Shown: positions 39,213-49,638 of the stretch, one piece after another | Numbering within the stretch: position 1 is the stretch's first letter | Layout of the letters: every line of letters starts with the position of its first letter | DNA from: Tagaea sp. | GTDB taxonomy: Bacteria; Pseudomonadota; Alphaproteobacteria; CACIAM-22H2 | Reading direction: 5' to 3' | DNA length: 64,000 nt | Assembly: GCA_965279525.1 (NCBI GenBank) | Contig: CBDIIB010000004.1 | Span: forward strand, 256,001-320,000 | Position numbers and translations under genes: made by a program | The notes under the pieces: model-generated | Told to the model about the DNA's origin: nothing | Seen by the model: only the letters and a program-made list of their open reading frames with translations | Databases searched by the model: none

Positions 39213-39809
39213 TCAGTTATGCGTGTGGGCGAACTCGCCCTTGGCCATCGCAAGATGATGCGGCTGGTGGTGCGCGCCACTGACCATAAGCCCAATGAAG
39301 CCCAGACCACGGATTCGAATTACTAGAGCAGGATCGACGGCCGTTACGGTCAGGCGGACGCCATCGGGAAGCTTCTCGGCCTTCGCCCGCCAGCCGTTCA
39401 TCTTGTCGAGCTCGGCTGTGTGCGCAGGCACCATTCGCTTGATGGCATCGACAGCGCGGCCGGCGCCGGTGACGGTTACCGAAATCCCGCCTTCGACCGG
39501 TGCCGTCTTCGCGTCTGACTTCAGCGTGACATCGTTCATGTCAATCAGATGCTGGCGCAGCGCTTCCAGATCAACTTTCGACCAGTCCGTCTTCGGGTCC
39601 GATTCGAGAATACGCACGATCTCCTGAATCGTACCGAAGGCGTCTTGTCCAGACATCGTCGGTGTCGCCAAGTCGAATGCGCCGGATGACACCCTGCCAT
39701 GCTGCATATGCTGCGACATGCTGTCGGGCATTTGAGTGTACGCGGCGTGGAGCGTAATCGCCGTGGCTGGAATCGCCAGCAAGGTGGCCGCAGTCAAGTA
39801 TCTCTTCAT
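39213..39809 (-). CDS. Exported Met/His-rich hypothetical protein
   Basis: Signal peptide, MSQHMQH, GQDAFGTIQEIV...HLIDM, GAHHQPHHLAMA. Confidence 0.8.
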   Translation of the reverse strand: MKRYLTAATLLAIPATAITLHAAYTQMPDSMSQHMQHGRVSSGAFDLATPTMSGQDAFGTIQEIVRILESDPKTDWSKVDLEALRQHLIDMNDVTLKSDAKTAPVEGGISVTVTGAGRAVDAIKRMVPAHTAELDKMNGWRAKAEKLPDGVRLTVTAVDPALVIRIRGLGFIGLMVSGAHHQPHHLAMAKGEFAHTHN

Positions 39810-39867
39810 GAATTTCTCCATCTGGAATGTTGTCGCCAGATCCTTGCCAGAATGGCACTGATCACGA

Positions 39868-39883
39868 CATGATAGAGATCATG
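39868..39883. promoter_or_regulatory. Crp/Fnr-type palindrome
   Basis: CATGAT-AGAG-ATCATG between the divergent genes. Confidence 0.5.
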
Positions 39884-40417
39884 TCAAAGGCTCTGCTCGA
39901 ACTTCTTCGCCCGCTGCCTGCACGTTCGGGCGCATTTGCAACCGGAAAGTACCTCTTTCGCCAAGGGGATGCCGTTCGGGCGCTACATCATGTCCTGGAA
40001 GGTGAGGTGCATCTTGTTCGCCTCCAATCGGGCGGCGAGCACCTCATTCTCCAGCGAGCACGTTCCGATGCCATCCTTGCCGAGGCGTCACTGTTTTCCG
40101 ACCGCTATCACTGCGATGCCGTCGCCGTAATGCCGACACGCACACTGGCAATTAGTAAACCCGCAATGCGTGATGCCCTCAATGGGAGTCCCACGCTGGC
40201 GGCCAATTGGGCGGCATATCTCGCGCACGAAGTTCAGAAGGCCCGCCTGCGCGCGGAAATTCTGTCGCTACGCACCGTCGCCGATCGTCTCGACGCGTGG
40301 ATCGCGGCGAACGACGGACGCCTTCCAATCAAGGGCGAATGGAAGACGGTGGCGGCCGAAATTGGAACGAGCCCGGAGGCACTCTATCGGGAGCGCGCAA
40401 GACGTCGACATCAATGA
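39869..40417 (+). CDS. Crp/Fnr-family regulator (short type)
   Basis: LFRQGD, LAEASLF..RYHCDAVA, C-terminal HTH AAEIGTSPEALYRE; start may be 39881. Confidence 0.85.
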   Translation: MIEIMSKALLELLRPLPARSGAFATGKYLFRQGDAVRALHHVLEGEVHLVRLQSGGEHLILQRARSDAILAEASLFSDRYHCDAVAVMPTRTLAISKPAMRDALNGSPTLAANWAAYLAHEVQKARLRAEILSLRTVADRLDAWIAANDGRLPIKGEWKTVAAEIGTSPEALYRERARRRHQ

Positions 40418-40435
40418 ATTTGCAGTGACGCTCGC

Positions 40436-41089
40436 CTATGTGCTGATGACAGTTTGGCCAAATCGCGGCCACCAGCGAGGAGTCCTTGCAGCATACTGCA
40501 TATACTGGTCTCCGAATTCCCTTTCGGCCTGTCGTTCTTCGTTGATCGCAAGCCGGATGTACATCGCGATAAGGAACGGGAACATGACAAGAGTCAGGAT
40601 CGTCGGCCACTGCAGCAGGAACCCGGCCATGATCGCGACAAAGCCGGCATATTGCGGATGCCGCATCCGGGCATAAGGGCCGGTTGAGGCAAGTTGATGA
40701 TTCTTCTGCGCAGAATGCAGGACTGGCCATGCTGCAGCTAGAAGGATGAAGCCACCGGCGATGAATACATTGCTGACAAGGTGCAGCGCCCCGAGATGGG
40801 CATTTCCCTCCGTGCCAAGGATCGTTGTCCACAGATGCCCCGAGTCATGAGACATCAGATCTATGCTCGGGTAACGACTTTGCAGCCATCCGGACAGAAG
40901 GTATATCGTCAGCGGAATGCCATACATCTCGACAAACAGCGCGACAATGAAGCTTGAAAACGCTCCGAACGAACGCCAGTCAACTGTCGTCTGCGGCTTC
41001 GTGAAGCTATAGGCGAAAATGATGAAAACAAGGCTGTTGAATATGACGAGCGACCAGAGGCCGTAGGCCGGGATGGCGTCGGGGCTCAT
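40436..41089 (-). CDS. Isoprenylcysteine carboxyl methyltransferase (ICMT/PEMT) family membrane protein
   Basis: TGPYARMRHPQY, EER....FG..Y..Y. Confidence 0.88.
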   Translation of the reverse strand: MSPDAIPAYGLWSLVIFNSLVFIIFAYSFTKPQTTVDWRSFGAFSSFIVALFVEMYGIPLTIYLLSGWLQSRYPSIDLMSHDSGHLWTTILGTEGNAHLGALHLVSNVFIAGGFILLAAAWPVLHSAQKNHQLASTGPYARMRHPQYAGFVAIMAGFLLQWPTILTLVMFPFLIAMYIRLAINEERQAEREFGDQYMQYAARTPRWWPRFGQTVIST

Positions 41090-41337
41090 ACTTTGTCTCC
41101 CTTCTGGGAATCCACTGCGCTGGCTTCCTTATGATCGCCATGCTTATGGCCGCCGTGCCCGCCATGACCGTGGAACATATGCATCAAAGGGCAAGCGAGA
41201 AGCAGCAGATAGGGAAGGGCACTGATGGCATGTGCCCGATGTTCGGTAATCACAAAGTATCCTGCAATCGCAAGGAATACGAAAAGGATGAAGCAGCTTC
41301 GTGTCCGCCACCATGGCACTTGAGTTTCGTCGATCAT
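41086..41337 (-). CDS. DUF2933-like small membrane protein
   Basis: EHRAH...LPYLLLLACPLMHMFHGHGGH; GGAGG RBS. Confidence 0.85.
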   Translation of the reverse strand: MIDETQVPWWRTRSCFILFVFLAIAGYFVITEHRAHAISALPYLLLLACPLMHMFHGHGGHGGHKHGDHKEASAVDSQKGDKV

Positions 41338-41382
41338 TGCTTCCTCCAAGGGCGCCAACGAAATAATTCAGCCGATTGCTTG

Positions 41383-41958
41383 TTACATCATGCCCATCGG
41401 ACCGGCGAGAAGCTCGTCGGCAAGTTTCTTCTGGTCGCCGGTCAATACTTGATAGAGCGGAGTAAGTGCACCCTTGATTCCGCGCACGGCAGCAAGGCTC
41501 TTCACGAGCGTCTGCTCTTGTCGGTCCAGTATGTCTGGTGCAGACGGCTGGCCCATTGTACCCGACATCATGGGAGGCATAGGAGAAGGCGCACTACCCG
41601 CATTGGCGCGAAGAGCGTCGGCATACTTGGCCCATTGGGCATCCTGAGAATGCGTGATCTTGAGTTCCGCTTTGAGGAACGCGATCCGACCTTCGATATG
41701 ACGCGAACCCATGCCGGCCATCATCGCATTTCCATGCATCATCGACATCATGCGGCCCATGTCAGCGCCGCCCATCATGCCGCCGCCTGCAGGCATGCCG
41801 AGTTGTGCGCCCGGCATCGCAGGCGGCCATGTCAGAGGCGTCGATTGGCCAGCGGGATGATGGGGATCTGCGCCAGCCTGCGGCGAAGTCTGAGCGAGGG
41901 CCGACCCTGCGACGAGAAGAGTAAGGATGGCGGCTGCTGAAATGACATGTGTGCGCAT
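41383..41958 (-). CDS. Spy/CpxP-like (LTXXQ) Met-rich periplasmic protein
   Basis: Signal peptide, HH, Met/Gly tract, IEGRIAFLKAELKIT..Q...W, LY..LT..QKK.AD. Confidence 0.82.
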   Translation of the reverse strand: MRTHVISAAAILTLLVAGSALAQTSPQAGADPHHPAGQSTPLTWPPAMPGAQLGMPAGGGMMGGADMGRMMSMMHGNAMMAGMGSRHIEGRIAFLKAELKITHSQDAQWAKYADALRANAGSAPSPMPPMMSGTMGQPSAPDILDRQEQTLVKSLAAVRGIKGALTPLYQVLTGDQKKLADELLAGPMGMM

Positions 41959-42022
41959 GGGAATCTCCCGAAGTTAAGTCCTAGCTTGATCCCGAGATTG
42001 CGCCTTTTTTCGGCATGCATCC

Positions 42023-42036
42023 TTGATGCAAGTCAA
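42023..42036. promoter_or_regulatory. FNR/FixK-like box
   Basis: TTGAT-GCAA-GTCAA (9/10 to TTGAT-N4-ATCAA). Confidence 0.5.
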
Positions 42037-42160
42037 CGCGTCCACAACTATAGTTTAGGAAACTTTCAGTATTACAGGCCTCTAGCCATACCATCGTTGG
42101 AGTGTTGTGTGACGGCCCGCCGCAATTCGGGCGGCATTTGCAGATACTCGGGATGTCATC

Positions 42161-44509
42161 ATGAAAACCTCAGACCATCATTCAAGCCATACCCATGCAC
42201 CGAACACTTCGGGCCGACATGCCAAGGATCCCGTATGCGGGATGATGGTCGATACGGCCGCAGCGAAGCACTCAAGTACCTTTGCTGAACAGGTCTTCTA
42301 TTTCTGCAGCTCCAAATGTCTGGGGAAGTTCACCGCCGAGCCTGCCAAGTTTGCCGGCAGGCAAGCGGCTTCAGGCAATGTGCCCGCACGAACCGGTGCC
42401 GTCTATACATGCCCGATGCACCCGGAGATCCGGCGAGATGCGCCGGGGACCTGTCCCAAATGCGGAATGGCGCTCGAACCGGTCGACGGAGTTGGCGATG
42501 CCGGCTCGAATCCCGAGCTCGCTGATATGTGGCGTCGCTTCTGGGTCGGCGGAGTCCTAAGTGTGCCCATGCTCGCTCTAGAGATGGGAGCCCATTTCCC
42601 GGGGCTGAATCTGCATCACTATGTGCCTGCGACTATGAGCCTTTGGATCCAGTTCGCTCTCGGCACGCCGGTCGTGATCTGGGCCGGGTGGCCATTCTTT
42701 GTCCGTGGATGGATTTCGGTCCGGACAGGTGCGCTCAACATGTTCACGTTGATCGCGCTGGGCGTCGGAACCGCCTATCTCTACAGCCTGGTGGCCGCAT
42801 TCCTGCCTCATCTGTTTCCGCCCGGGCTTCGGGATGCAGAGGGGCTGGTCGCCGTCTATTTCGAGGCGGCTGCAGTCATTACCGTGCTCGTGCTGTTGGG
42901 GCAGTATCTCGAGATCCGCGCGCGCGAGCAGACCGGCAGCGCCATTCGCGCGCTGCTCGATCTGGCGCCGAAAACGGCGCGACGTATCAAGGCCGACGGC
43001 GATGACGAAGACGTGTCGCTCGATCAGGTCCAGATCGGCGACAAGCTGCGCGTGCGCCCGGGCGGCGCTGTCCCGGTCGACGGCATCGTCGTTGACGGCC
43101 GAGGTCCTGTCGATGAATCAATGGTCACCGGTGAATCCATGCCGGTTGCCAAGGAGCCTGGCGCGCGTCTGATTGGCGGAACCGTCAACGGGACGGGCAG
43201 TCTCATCATGGAAGCGCAGAAGATCGGCGCTGATACGATGCTGTCCCAGATCGTACACATGGTGTCCCAGGCGCAGCGCAGTCGGGCGCCGATCCAGCGG
43301 CTTGCGGACGAGGTCTCCGGATACTTTGTGCCCGCGGTCCTTGTGATAGCCCTCATTTCGTTCGTAGCGTGGGTGATCTGGGGGCCGGAGCCCGCATTCG
43401 CCTATGCGCTGGTCGCGGCCGTCAGTGTCGTCATTATTGCTTGTCCGTGCGCGCTCGGGCTCGCGACGCCGATGTCGATCATGGTTGGTGTCGGCAAGGG
43501 AGCAGGTGCCGGGGTCCTGATCCGCAATGCCGAGTCTCTGGAGCGGATGGAGAAGGTCAATACGCTCGTCGTCGACAAGACCGGAACTCTCACAGAGGGA
43601 AAGCCGAAAGTCGTCGCTGTTGTTGTGGCCAATGGATTCACGGAAGATGAAGTTCTGGCTCTCGCTACCGGTCTTGAACGGTCAAGCGAGCATCCACTTG
43701 CCGCAGCAATTGTTTTAGCAGCACAAGAGAAGAAGTTGGCCATCGGCGATGTCACCGACTTTGTCTCGCTGACCGGGCGGGGTGTGTCCGGGCGCGTCGC
43801 GGGACGAGATGTGTCACTCGGCAATGCAAAGCTGATGGAGGAACAAAAAGTTGATACCACGGCGCTAGATCCGCGGATCGGGGAACTCCAGCGTGGCGGA
43901 ACAGCGATGCTGGTTGCGGTCGATGGCCGGGTGGCAGGCTTGATTGGTGTCGCAGACCCGATCAAGGCATCGGCTGCAGGTGCGATCTCGGATCTTCGTG
44001 CCGCAGGAATGCATATCGTGATGCTGACTGGTGACAACAAGACGACCGCTTCCGCTGTTGCTGAAAAGCTCGGGATTTCCGAGGTTCAGGCGGAGGTGCT
44101 GCCGGAGCAGAAAAATCAGATCGTGCGACGTATGCGCGCCGAAGGCCGTGTTGTGGCGATGGCCGGTGATGGCGTGAACGATGCTCCTGCATTGGCCGAA
44201 GCCGATGTCGGCATCGCGATGGGCACTGGCACCGAGGTCGCGTTGCAGAGTGCGGGAGTAACTCTTCTGAAAGGGGATCTGGTCGGAATCATGCGCGCGC
44301 GGGTTCTCAGTCAGGCGACGATGCGGAACATTCGACAGAATCTTGTTCTCGCGTTTGTCTACAACGTGCTTGGTATCCCTTTGGCAGCCGGCGTGCTCTA
44401 TCCGACGTTCGGATGGCTTCTCAGCCCGATCGTCGCGGCCGCGGCAATGAGCCTCAGTTCAGTCTCGGTCGTCGGCAACTCGCTGCGACTGCGGTTGCTG
44501 AAAATTTAA
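42161..44509 (+). CDS. Cu+/Ag+ P1B-type ATPase with YHS and heavy-metal-binding domains (SilP/CopF-like)
   Basis: KDPVCGM, FCS..C, YTCPMHPE..CPKCGM, TGES, CPCALG, DKTGT, GDGVND, YN and MSLSS. Confidence 0.93.
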   Translation: MKTSDHHSSHTHAPNTSGRHAKDPVCGMMVDTAAAKHSSTFAEQVFYFCSSKCLGKFTAEPAKFAGRQAASGNVPARTGAVYTCPMHPEIRRDAPGTCPKCGMALEPVDGVGDAGSNPELADMWRRFWVGGVLSVPMLALEMGAHFPGLNLHHYVPATMSLWIQFALGTPVVIWAGWPFFVRGWISVRTGALNMFTLIALGVGTAYLYSLVAAFLPHLFPPGLRDAEGLVAVYFEAAAVITVLVLLGQYLEIRAREQTGSAIRALLDLAPKTARRIKADGDDEDVSLDQVQIGDKLRVRPGGAVPVDGIVVDGRGPVDESMVTGESMPVAKEPGARLIGGTVNGTGSLIMEAQKIGADTMLSQIVHMVSQAQRSRAPIQRLADEVSGYFVPAVLVIALISFVAWVIWGPEPAFAYALVAAVSVVIIACPCALGLATPMSIMVGVGKGAGAGVLIRNAESLERMEKVNTLVVDKTGTLTEGKPKVVAVVVANGFTEDEVLALATGLERSSEHPLAAAIVLAAQEKKLAIGDVTDFVSLTGRGVSGRVAGRDVSLGNAKLMEEQKVDTTALDPRIGELQRGGTAMLVAVDGRVAGLIGVADPIKASAAGAISDLRAAGMHIVMLTGDNKTTASAVAEKLGISEVQAEVLPEQKNQIVRRMRAEGRVVAMAGDGVNDAPALAEADVGIAMGTGTEVALQSAGVTLLKGDLVGIMRARVLSQATMRNIRQNLVLAFVYNVLGIPLAAGVLYPTFGWLLSPIVAAAAMSLSSVSVVGNSLRLRLLKI

Positions 44510-44517
44510 TTACTCAT

Positions 44518-47500
44518 CTACGAGACGGACTTTCGCGCTGCGTCGCCAACTTTTGGAGTAGCGGCATTGTTCATTATTGCTTCTGCGGGCAGCCCCCATC
44601 CTTTGACGATTCCATAGACAGCCGGTATCACGACCAGCGTCAGAATTGTCGATGACATCATTCCGCCGATCATCGGCACAGCGATGCGTTGCATGATCTC
44701 CGAACCGGCCCCTGTACTCCAAAGGATGGGGAACAAACCTGCCATGATGGCGATGACCGTCATTATCTTCGGACGAACACGATCGACTGCACCGCGCATG
44801 ATCGCTTGACGCAAGTCTGCTTGAGTAAACTCCCTAAAAGCGGAACTACATTCAGCCTTCACTTCCGACACCGCCTGTTGGAGATAGATCAGCATGATTA
44901 CACCGGTCTCGGCCGCTACTCCCGCCAAGGCAATGAATCCGACGGCGACAGCAACAGATGTATTGAATTCCATCCACCACATCAGCCAGACGCCGCCCAC
45001 GAGTGCGAAGGGTAGCGAAAGCATGACGATGAGCGTCTCGGGAAGTGCCCGGAAGTTCATGTAGAGCAGCATAAAAATGACGAGCAGGGTCGCCGGCACG
45101 ACGATCTTGAGGCGAGCCTCGGCGCGCTGGAGATATTCGAATTGTCCGCTCCAAGTGACATGAGTACTGGGGGGCAGTCTCACCTCATTTGCCACCACGC
45201 GCTGAGCATCCGCTACGTAACCGCCGAGATCGCGCCCGACGATATCGACAAAGATATAGACCGCGAGCTGGCCGTTCTCCGTCCGGATCGAAGTCGCTCC
45301 GCGTGTCAGCTCGACTTTGGCGACCTCGCCGAGCGGCAGGGTGCCGCCGGAGGGGAGCGGGATCTGCACTTCATGGGCGATCGATTGTGGGTCGCTTCTG
45401 AAGTCCCTTGGATAGCGGATTGCAACCCCGTATCGCTCACGACCTTCAACCGTCGTCGTCAGGATTTCGGCGCCCAGCGCCATCGAAATCACGTCCTGCA
45501 CGTCGCGGATCGACAGTCCGTATCGGCCGAGTACCATACGGTCTGGTGTGATTTCGAGATAGTAGCCCCCAATGACCCGCTCGGCATATGCGCTGGAAGT
45601 CCCGGGGACAGATCGAAGTACACGCTCGATCTCGCGGGCCGCCGATTCCATTTGTGCGAGATCGGTCCCAAAAACCTTGACGCCGACGGGTGTGCGAATT
45701 CCGGTCGCGAGCATGTCGATGCGGGCGCGGATCGGCATCGTCCATGCATTCGAAACCCCTGGAAACTGGAGTGCCTGATCCATCTCGGACTTGAGGCTGG
45801 CGATGGTAACGCCCGGACGCCATTCGCTCTTTGGTTTGAGGTTGACGATGGTCTCGAACATCTCGATGGGTGCCGGGTCGGTCGCCGTGAGCGCACGTCC
45901 GGCCTTGCCGTAAACCGACGCGACCTCCGGGAAGGTCTTGATTATCCTGTCCTGCACCTGCAGCAGCTCGGCCGCCTTCGTTACCGACAGACCCGGTAAT
46001 GTCGTCGGCATGTACATCAGGGTGCCTTCGTCAAGATCCGGCATGAACTCGGATCCAAGCTGCCTTGCAGGCCAGATGGTAACTCCAAGGACGGCAATCG
46101 CGACAAGAATGGTGAGCGTTCGGGCTTTCAGAACGCCGCGGATGATCGGTCGATATATCCAGATCAGGAATCGGTTCATCGGATTTCGTTGCTCGGGAAC
46201 GATACGCCCCCGAACAAAGATCACCATGAGGGCCGGTACCAGGGTTACCGACAGGATTGCAGCTCCGGCCATTGCGAACGTCTTGGTAAAGGCAAGCGGG
46301 CCGAAAAGACGACCTTCCTGGGCTTCCAGCGTAAAGATGGGAAGGAAGGAGACGGTAATCACGAGCAGGCTGAAAAACAGCGCAGGACCGACCTCGCTCG
46401 CCGCTGCGATCAGGACCTCGACGCGGGGTTTGTCCGGAGGCGATCGCTCGAGATGCTTGTGCGCATTCTCGATCATCACGATCGCGGCATCAATCATCGC
46501 GCCGACGGCAATTGCGATGCCGCCAAGGCTCATGATGTTCGAGCCAAGCCCGATGGCCTTCATCGCCGCAAAAGCCATCAGGATGCCAACGGGGAGCATG
46601 AGGATGGCAACGAGCGCACTGCGCAAGTGCAGAAGGAATACGACGCAGACAATTGCGACGATAATGCTTTCCTCGATCAACGTGACCTTCAAGTTTTGAA
46701 TCGCACGGTCGATCAGCTCGGATCGGTCGTAAACAGCAACGATCTCGGTTCCGGACGGGAGGCTGGTCGATATCTCGGCGAGCCGCTCTTTGACATTCCG
46801 GATCACGGTCAGGGCATTGGAGCTGAGCCGCTGGAGGACGATGCCGCTCGCGACTTCGCCCTCGCCATTCAGCTCGGCAATGCCGCGGCGTTCGTCCGGG
46901 ACGATCTCAACCCTTGCGATATCGCCGATCCGAAGCGCCACACCGCGGTCAGATCTGAGAGTGATATTTTCTATATCTGCAATACTCTTGAGGTATCCGC
47001 GGCCCCTTACCATGAATTCGAACTCGGACATCTCGATCGTACGTCCGCCCACATCCGAGTTGCTCGCCTTCACGGCATCCCGCAGCCGACTGAGCGGAAT
47101 GCCCTGTGCGCGTAGGCGACTGGGATCTACGACGATCGAATACTGTTTGACGAAGCCGCCGACACTGGCGATCTCGGCGACGCCCTCGGCTTTCGACGCT
47201 GCATAGCGAATTACCCAATCCTGCAAGGATCGGAGTTCGGCAAGCGTCGCTTCCCTGGCGACGACGGCGTACTGATAGACCCAACCGACACCAGTCGCGT
47301 CGGGTCCCAGACTTGGCGTGATGCCCGCCGGAAGGCGCCGGGCGGCTGCGTTCAGATACTCGAGCACGCGGCTGCGCGCCCAATAGGCATCCGTCCCATC
47401 CTCGAAGATGACGTAGACGAACGACACGCCGAAGAAGGAGAAGCCGCGCACCACCTTGGAACGCGGTACGGTCAGCATTGAAGTTGTCAATGGGTAGGTG

Positions 47501-47694
47501 ACTTGGTCTTCGACGACCTGCGGTGCCTGGCCGGGGTACTCGGTGTAGACGATGACCTGAACGTCCGACAGATCAGGGATCGCGTCGAGAGGAAGCGTGC
47601 GAAGCGCATAGATGCCGCTTGCAACGGCGAGGAGCGTTCCGAACAGGATCAGGACAAGATTGCTGGCTGACCAGCGGATGAGGCGCGCAATCAT
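44518..47694 (-). CDS. cusA: Heavy-metal RND efflux pump CusA/SilA
   Basis: LDAIPDLSDVQVI, SRVLEYL, GPDATGVGWVYQY, LMYMP, RIDMLATG. Confidence 0.95.
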   Translation of the reverse strand: MIARLIRWSASNLVLILFGTLLAVASGIYALRTLPLDAIPDLSDVQVIVYTEYPGQAPQVVEDQVTYPLTTSMLTVPRSKVVRGFSFFGVSFVYVIFEDGTDAYWARSRVLEYLNAAARRLPAGITPSLGPDATGVGWVYQYAVVAREATLAELRSLQDWVIRYAASKAEGVAEIASVGGFVKQYSIVVDPSRLRAQGIPLSRLRDAVKASNSDVGGRTIEMSEFEFMVRGRGYLKSIADIENITLRSDRGVALRIGDIARVEIVPDERRGIAELNGEGEVASGIVLQRLSSNALTVIRNVKERLAEISTSLPSGTEIVAVYDRSELIDRAIQNLKVTLIEESIIVAIVCVVFLLHLRSALVAILMLPVGILMAFAAMKAIGLGSNIMSLGGIAIAVGAMIDAAIVMIENAHKHLERSPPDKPRVEVLIAAASEVGPALFFSLLVITVSFLPIFTLEAQEGRLFGPLAFTKTFAMAGAAILSVTLVPALMVIFVRGRIVPEQRNPMNRFLIWIYRPIIRGVLKARTLTILVAIAVLGVTIWPARQLGSEFMPDLDEGTLMYMPTTLPGLSVTKAAELLQVQDRIIKTFPEVASVYGKAGRALTATDPAPIEMFETIVNLKPKSEWRPGVTIASLKSEMDQALQFPGVSNAWTMPIRARIDMLATGIRTPVGVKVFGTDLAQMESAAREIERVLRSVPGTSSAYAERVIGGYYLEITPDRMVLGRYGLSIRDVQDVISMALGAEILTTTVEGRERYGVAIRYPRDFRSDPQSIAHEVQIPLPSGGTLPLGEVAKVELTRGATSIRTENGQLAVYIFVDIVGRDLGGYVADAQRVVANEVRLPPSTHVTWSGQFEYLQRAEARLKIVVPATLLVIFMLLYMNFRALPETLIVMLSLPFALVGGVWLMWWMEFNTSVAVAVGFIALAGVAAETGVIMLIYLQQAVSEVKAECSSAFREFTQADLRQAIMRGAVDRVRPKIMTVIAIMAGLFPILWSTGAGSEIMQRIAVPMIGGMMSSTILTLVVIPAVYGIVKGWGLPAEAIMNNAATPKVGDAARKSVS

Positions 47695-49097
47695 GGCCGT
47701 GGCTCCGGCGACGTGAGGCTGCGCAACGCTGCTTTCAGATTGCTTTCGGCGTCGATCAGGAAGTTCGCCGCGACGACGGCCTTTTCTCCAACGGCAATCC
47801 CGTCCCGGATCTCGGTGTAACCTTCGCCACGCGTGCCGATCTTGACGGCGCGTGGCTCAAACCGCCCGCCGCCTTTGTCGATGATGACGATCTGCCGGTT
47901 ACCCGAATCGATCATGGCGCTGTCGGGCACCGCGACGACCGGATCGGGCGTACCGGTGCCGACCTCTACATCGACATACATGTTCGGGAGCAGGAAGCCC
48001 GATGGGTTTGGAATTTCGATCCGCACCTTTCCCGTCCGGGCTATCTCGCCGATCTGAGGGTAGATCACCGAAATTCGGCCCTCGACCGGATCTACTCCTC
48101 GATGCCGGAATCGAATGCGCGCAGTTGCACCCACGCGAACTGCCGCGAGGTCGTATTCCGGTATATCGGCGACAACCCAGACGGTCGAAATGTCCGCGAT
48201 CCGGAACAGAGGATCGCCCGCCGCGACTTTCATCCCACTGGCGATGTTGCGCTCGAGTACGACACCGTCGCGAGGTGATTTCCACGCTATCGAGAGTGGC
48301 GGCTTTAGGGTACGCTCGATCTCGGCGATCGCGTCTGGCATTACGCCAAGATTCTCCAGGCGTTGCCGAGCGCCGCCGGAACCAGCTCCGGGACCTGAAT
48401 TTCTGAGTTCGGTCAGGAACTGCGCACCGGCGACGGCGATTTCAGGAGAGTAAATCCTGAAAAGACTTTGCCCCTTCGTGACGCGATCACCTGTCGTGAC
48501 GCTGGCGACCTCTTCAACAAAAGAGTCGCTTCGTGTCGCGACGACTGAGATCCGCCGCTCGTCCAACTGCACCGTCCCTGGTGCGCGGACAACCCTGACG
48601 ATCGCCCGGCGTACGACTTCCTCGGAGCGCACACCGGTTCGCTGAAGCCTACCAAGCGAGATCTTTACGGCCGGTCCATCATTCTCGTCGTCGTAGACGG
48701 GGATGTATTCCATCCCCATCGAATCCTTCTTCGGCTTCGGCGAGGTGTCGGCTAGTCCCATCGGGTTCCGGTAGTAGAGGATGCGTCTGGGGGCTGCACT
48801 TTCTTGGATATCTGCAGAGACCGACGACTTGTCTTCGAAGCCGACGTCCTCATCCGCATGGACGGGGCGGAAAGGTCGTCCATCGTCGGTCTGTTTGGGT
48901 GTCGCCGAATAAACGGGCTTGCCGTCCGGATCGACATAGTAGATGACCGGATCGAGGCTGGATGACGCACCTGCGGCGGAGGACGCCCCATTGGTGGTGT
49001 TCTCCGTTGAGCTATCCTGCCGTCCGATCCAGTAGCCTCCAGCGCCGGACATCGATACGACGCCTAGAGCAAGGCATGTCATGGCTAACCGGTTCAT
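47691..49097 (-). CDS. cusB: RND membrane fusion protein CusB/SilB
   Basis: YYRNPMG...KKDSMGMEYIPVY, LLPNMY, ANFLIDAESNL. Confidence 0.92.
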   Translation of the reverse strand: MNRLAMTCLALGVVSMSGAGGYWIGRQDSSTENTTNGASSAAGASSSLDPVIYYVDPDGKPVYSATPKQTDDGRPFRPVHADEDVGFEDKSSVSADIQESAAPRRILYYRNPMGLADTSPKPKKDSMGMEYIPVYDDENDGPAVKISLGRLQRTGVRSEEVVRRAIVRVVRAPGTVQLDERRISVVATRSDSFVEEVASVTTGDRVTKGQSLFRIYSPEIAVAGAQFLTELRNSGPGAGSGGARQRLENLGVMPDAIAEIERTLKPPLSIAWKSPRDGVVLERNIASGMKVAAGDPLFRIADISTVWVVADIPEYDLAAVRVGATARIRFRHRGVDPVEGRISVIYPQIGEIARTGKVRIEIPNPSGFLLPNMYVDVEVGTGTPDPVVAVPDSAMIDSGNRQIVIIDKGGGRFEPRAVKIGTRGEGYTEIRDGIAVGEKAVVAANFLIDAESNLKAALRSLTSPEPRP

Positions 49098-49501
49098 TTT
49101 ACGGCCTTTAGAAGAAGTTTGTTATCGAGCGTGCCCGTCTCGCCTTGAATCTTCGCCGCTAGCGACAGTTGCCAACCGCCGACCATCGTCAGGGCGGTTC
49201 TGAACCGATAGATGCCAGGTTCGTTGGACGGCAACGCTTCGATCGGCGAGTTCATGGTAGGCATGCCGTCTGGCGCCATGTCGATGCGAGTCGCGAAAAT
49301 GACCGCACCTGGCACGGCTTTTCCGGTTCGCTTGTCGATCAGCCGGACCGCTACCTCGGCGTTGCTGCCTTGCTTGATGGTTGTCTGAATCAGGCGAAAC
49401 TCGTAGTCGCCGATTTCGGCACTTGCCGGCACAACTGAAACGACCGACAGGGCGCATGCGAGCGCCGCCGCAGTGGCGCGGTTGGAGAAGAGCGTTGACA
49501 T
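49094..49501 (-). CDS. FixH/YtkA-like periplasmic protein
   Basis: Signal peptide, RIDMAPDGM..M, PGIYRF, M.GGWQLSLAAK. Confidence 0.78.
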   Translation of the reverse strand: MSTLFSNRATAAALACALSVVSVVPASAEIGDYEFRLIQTTIKQGSNAEVAVRLIDKRTGKAVPGAVIFATRIDMAPDGMPTMNSPIEALPSNEPGIYRFRTALTMVGGWQLSLAAKIQGETGTLDNKLLLKAVK

Positions 49502-49638
49502 GATTTTGCGATCCCAGGTTCGAGGCACATCGGTTCGCCGAACAAAAAGTTCGACGGCGCGCGGCATAGGTCCACGCACTCTCGATCACCGGTTGGCTTG
49601 CCGGTAATCCCGGCCGACGCGCAAGCGCCGGCGATGCC

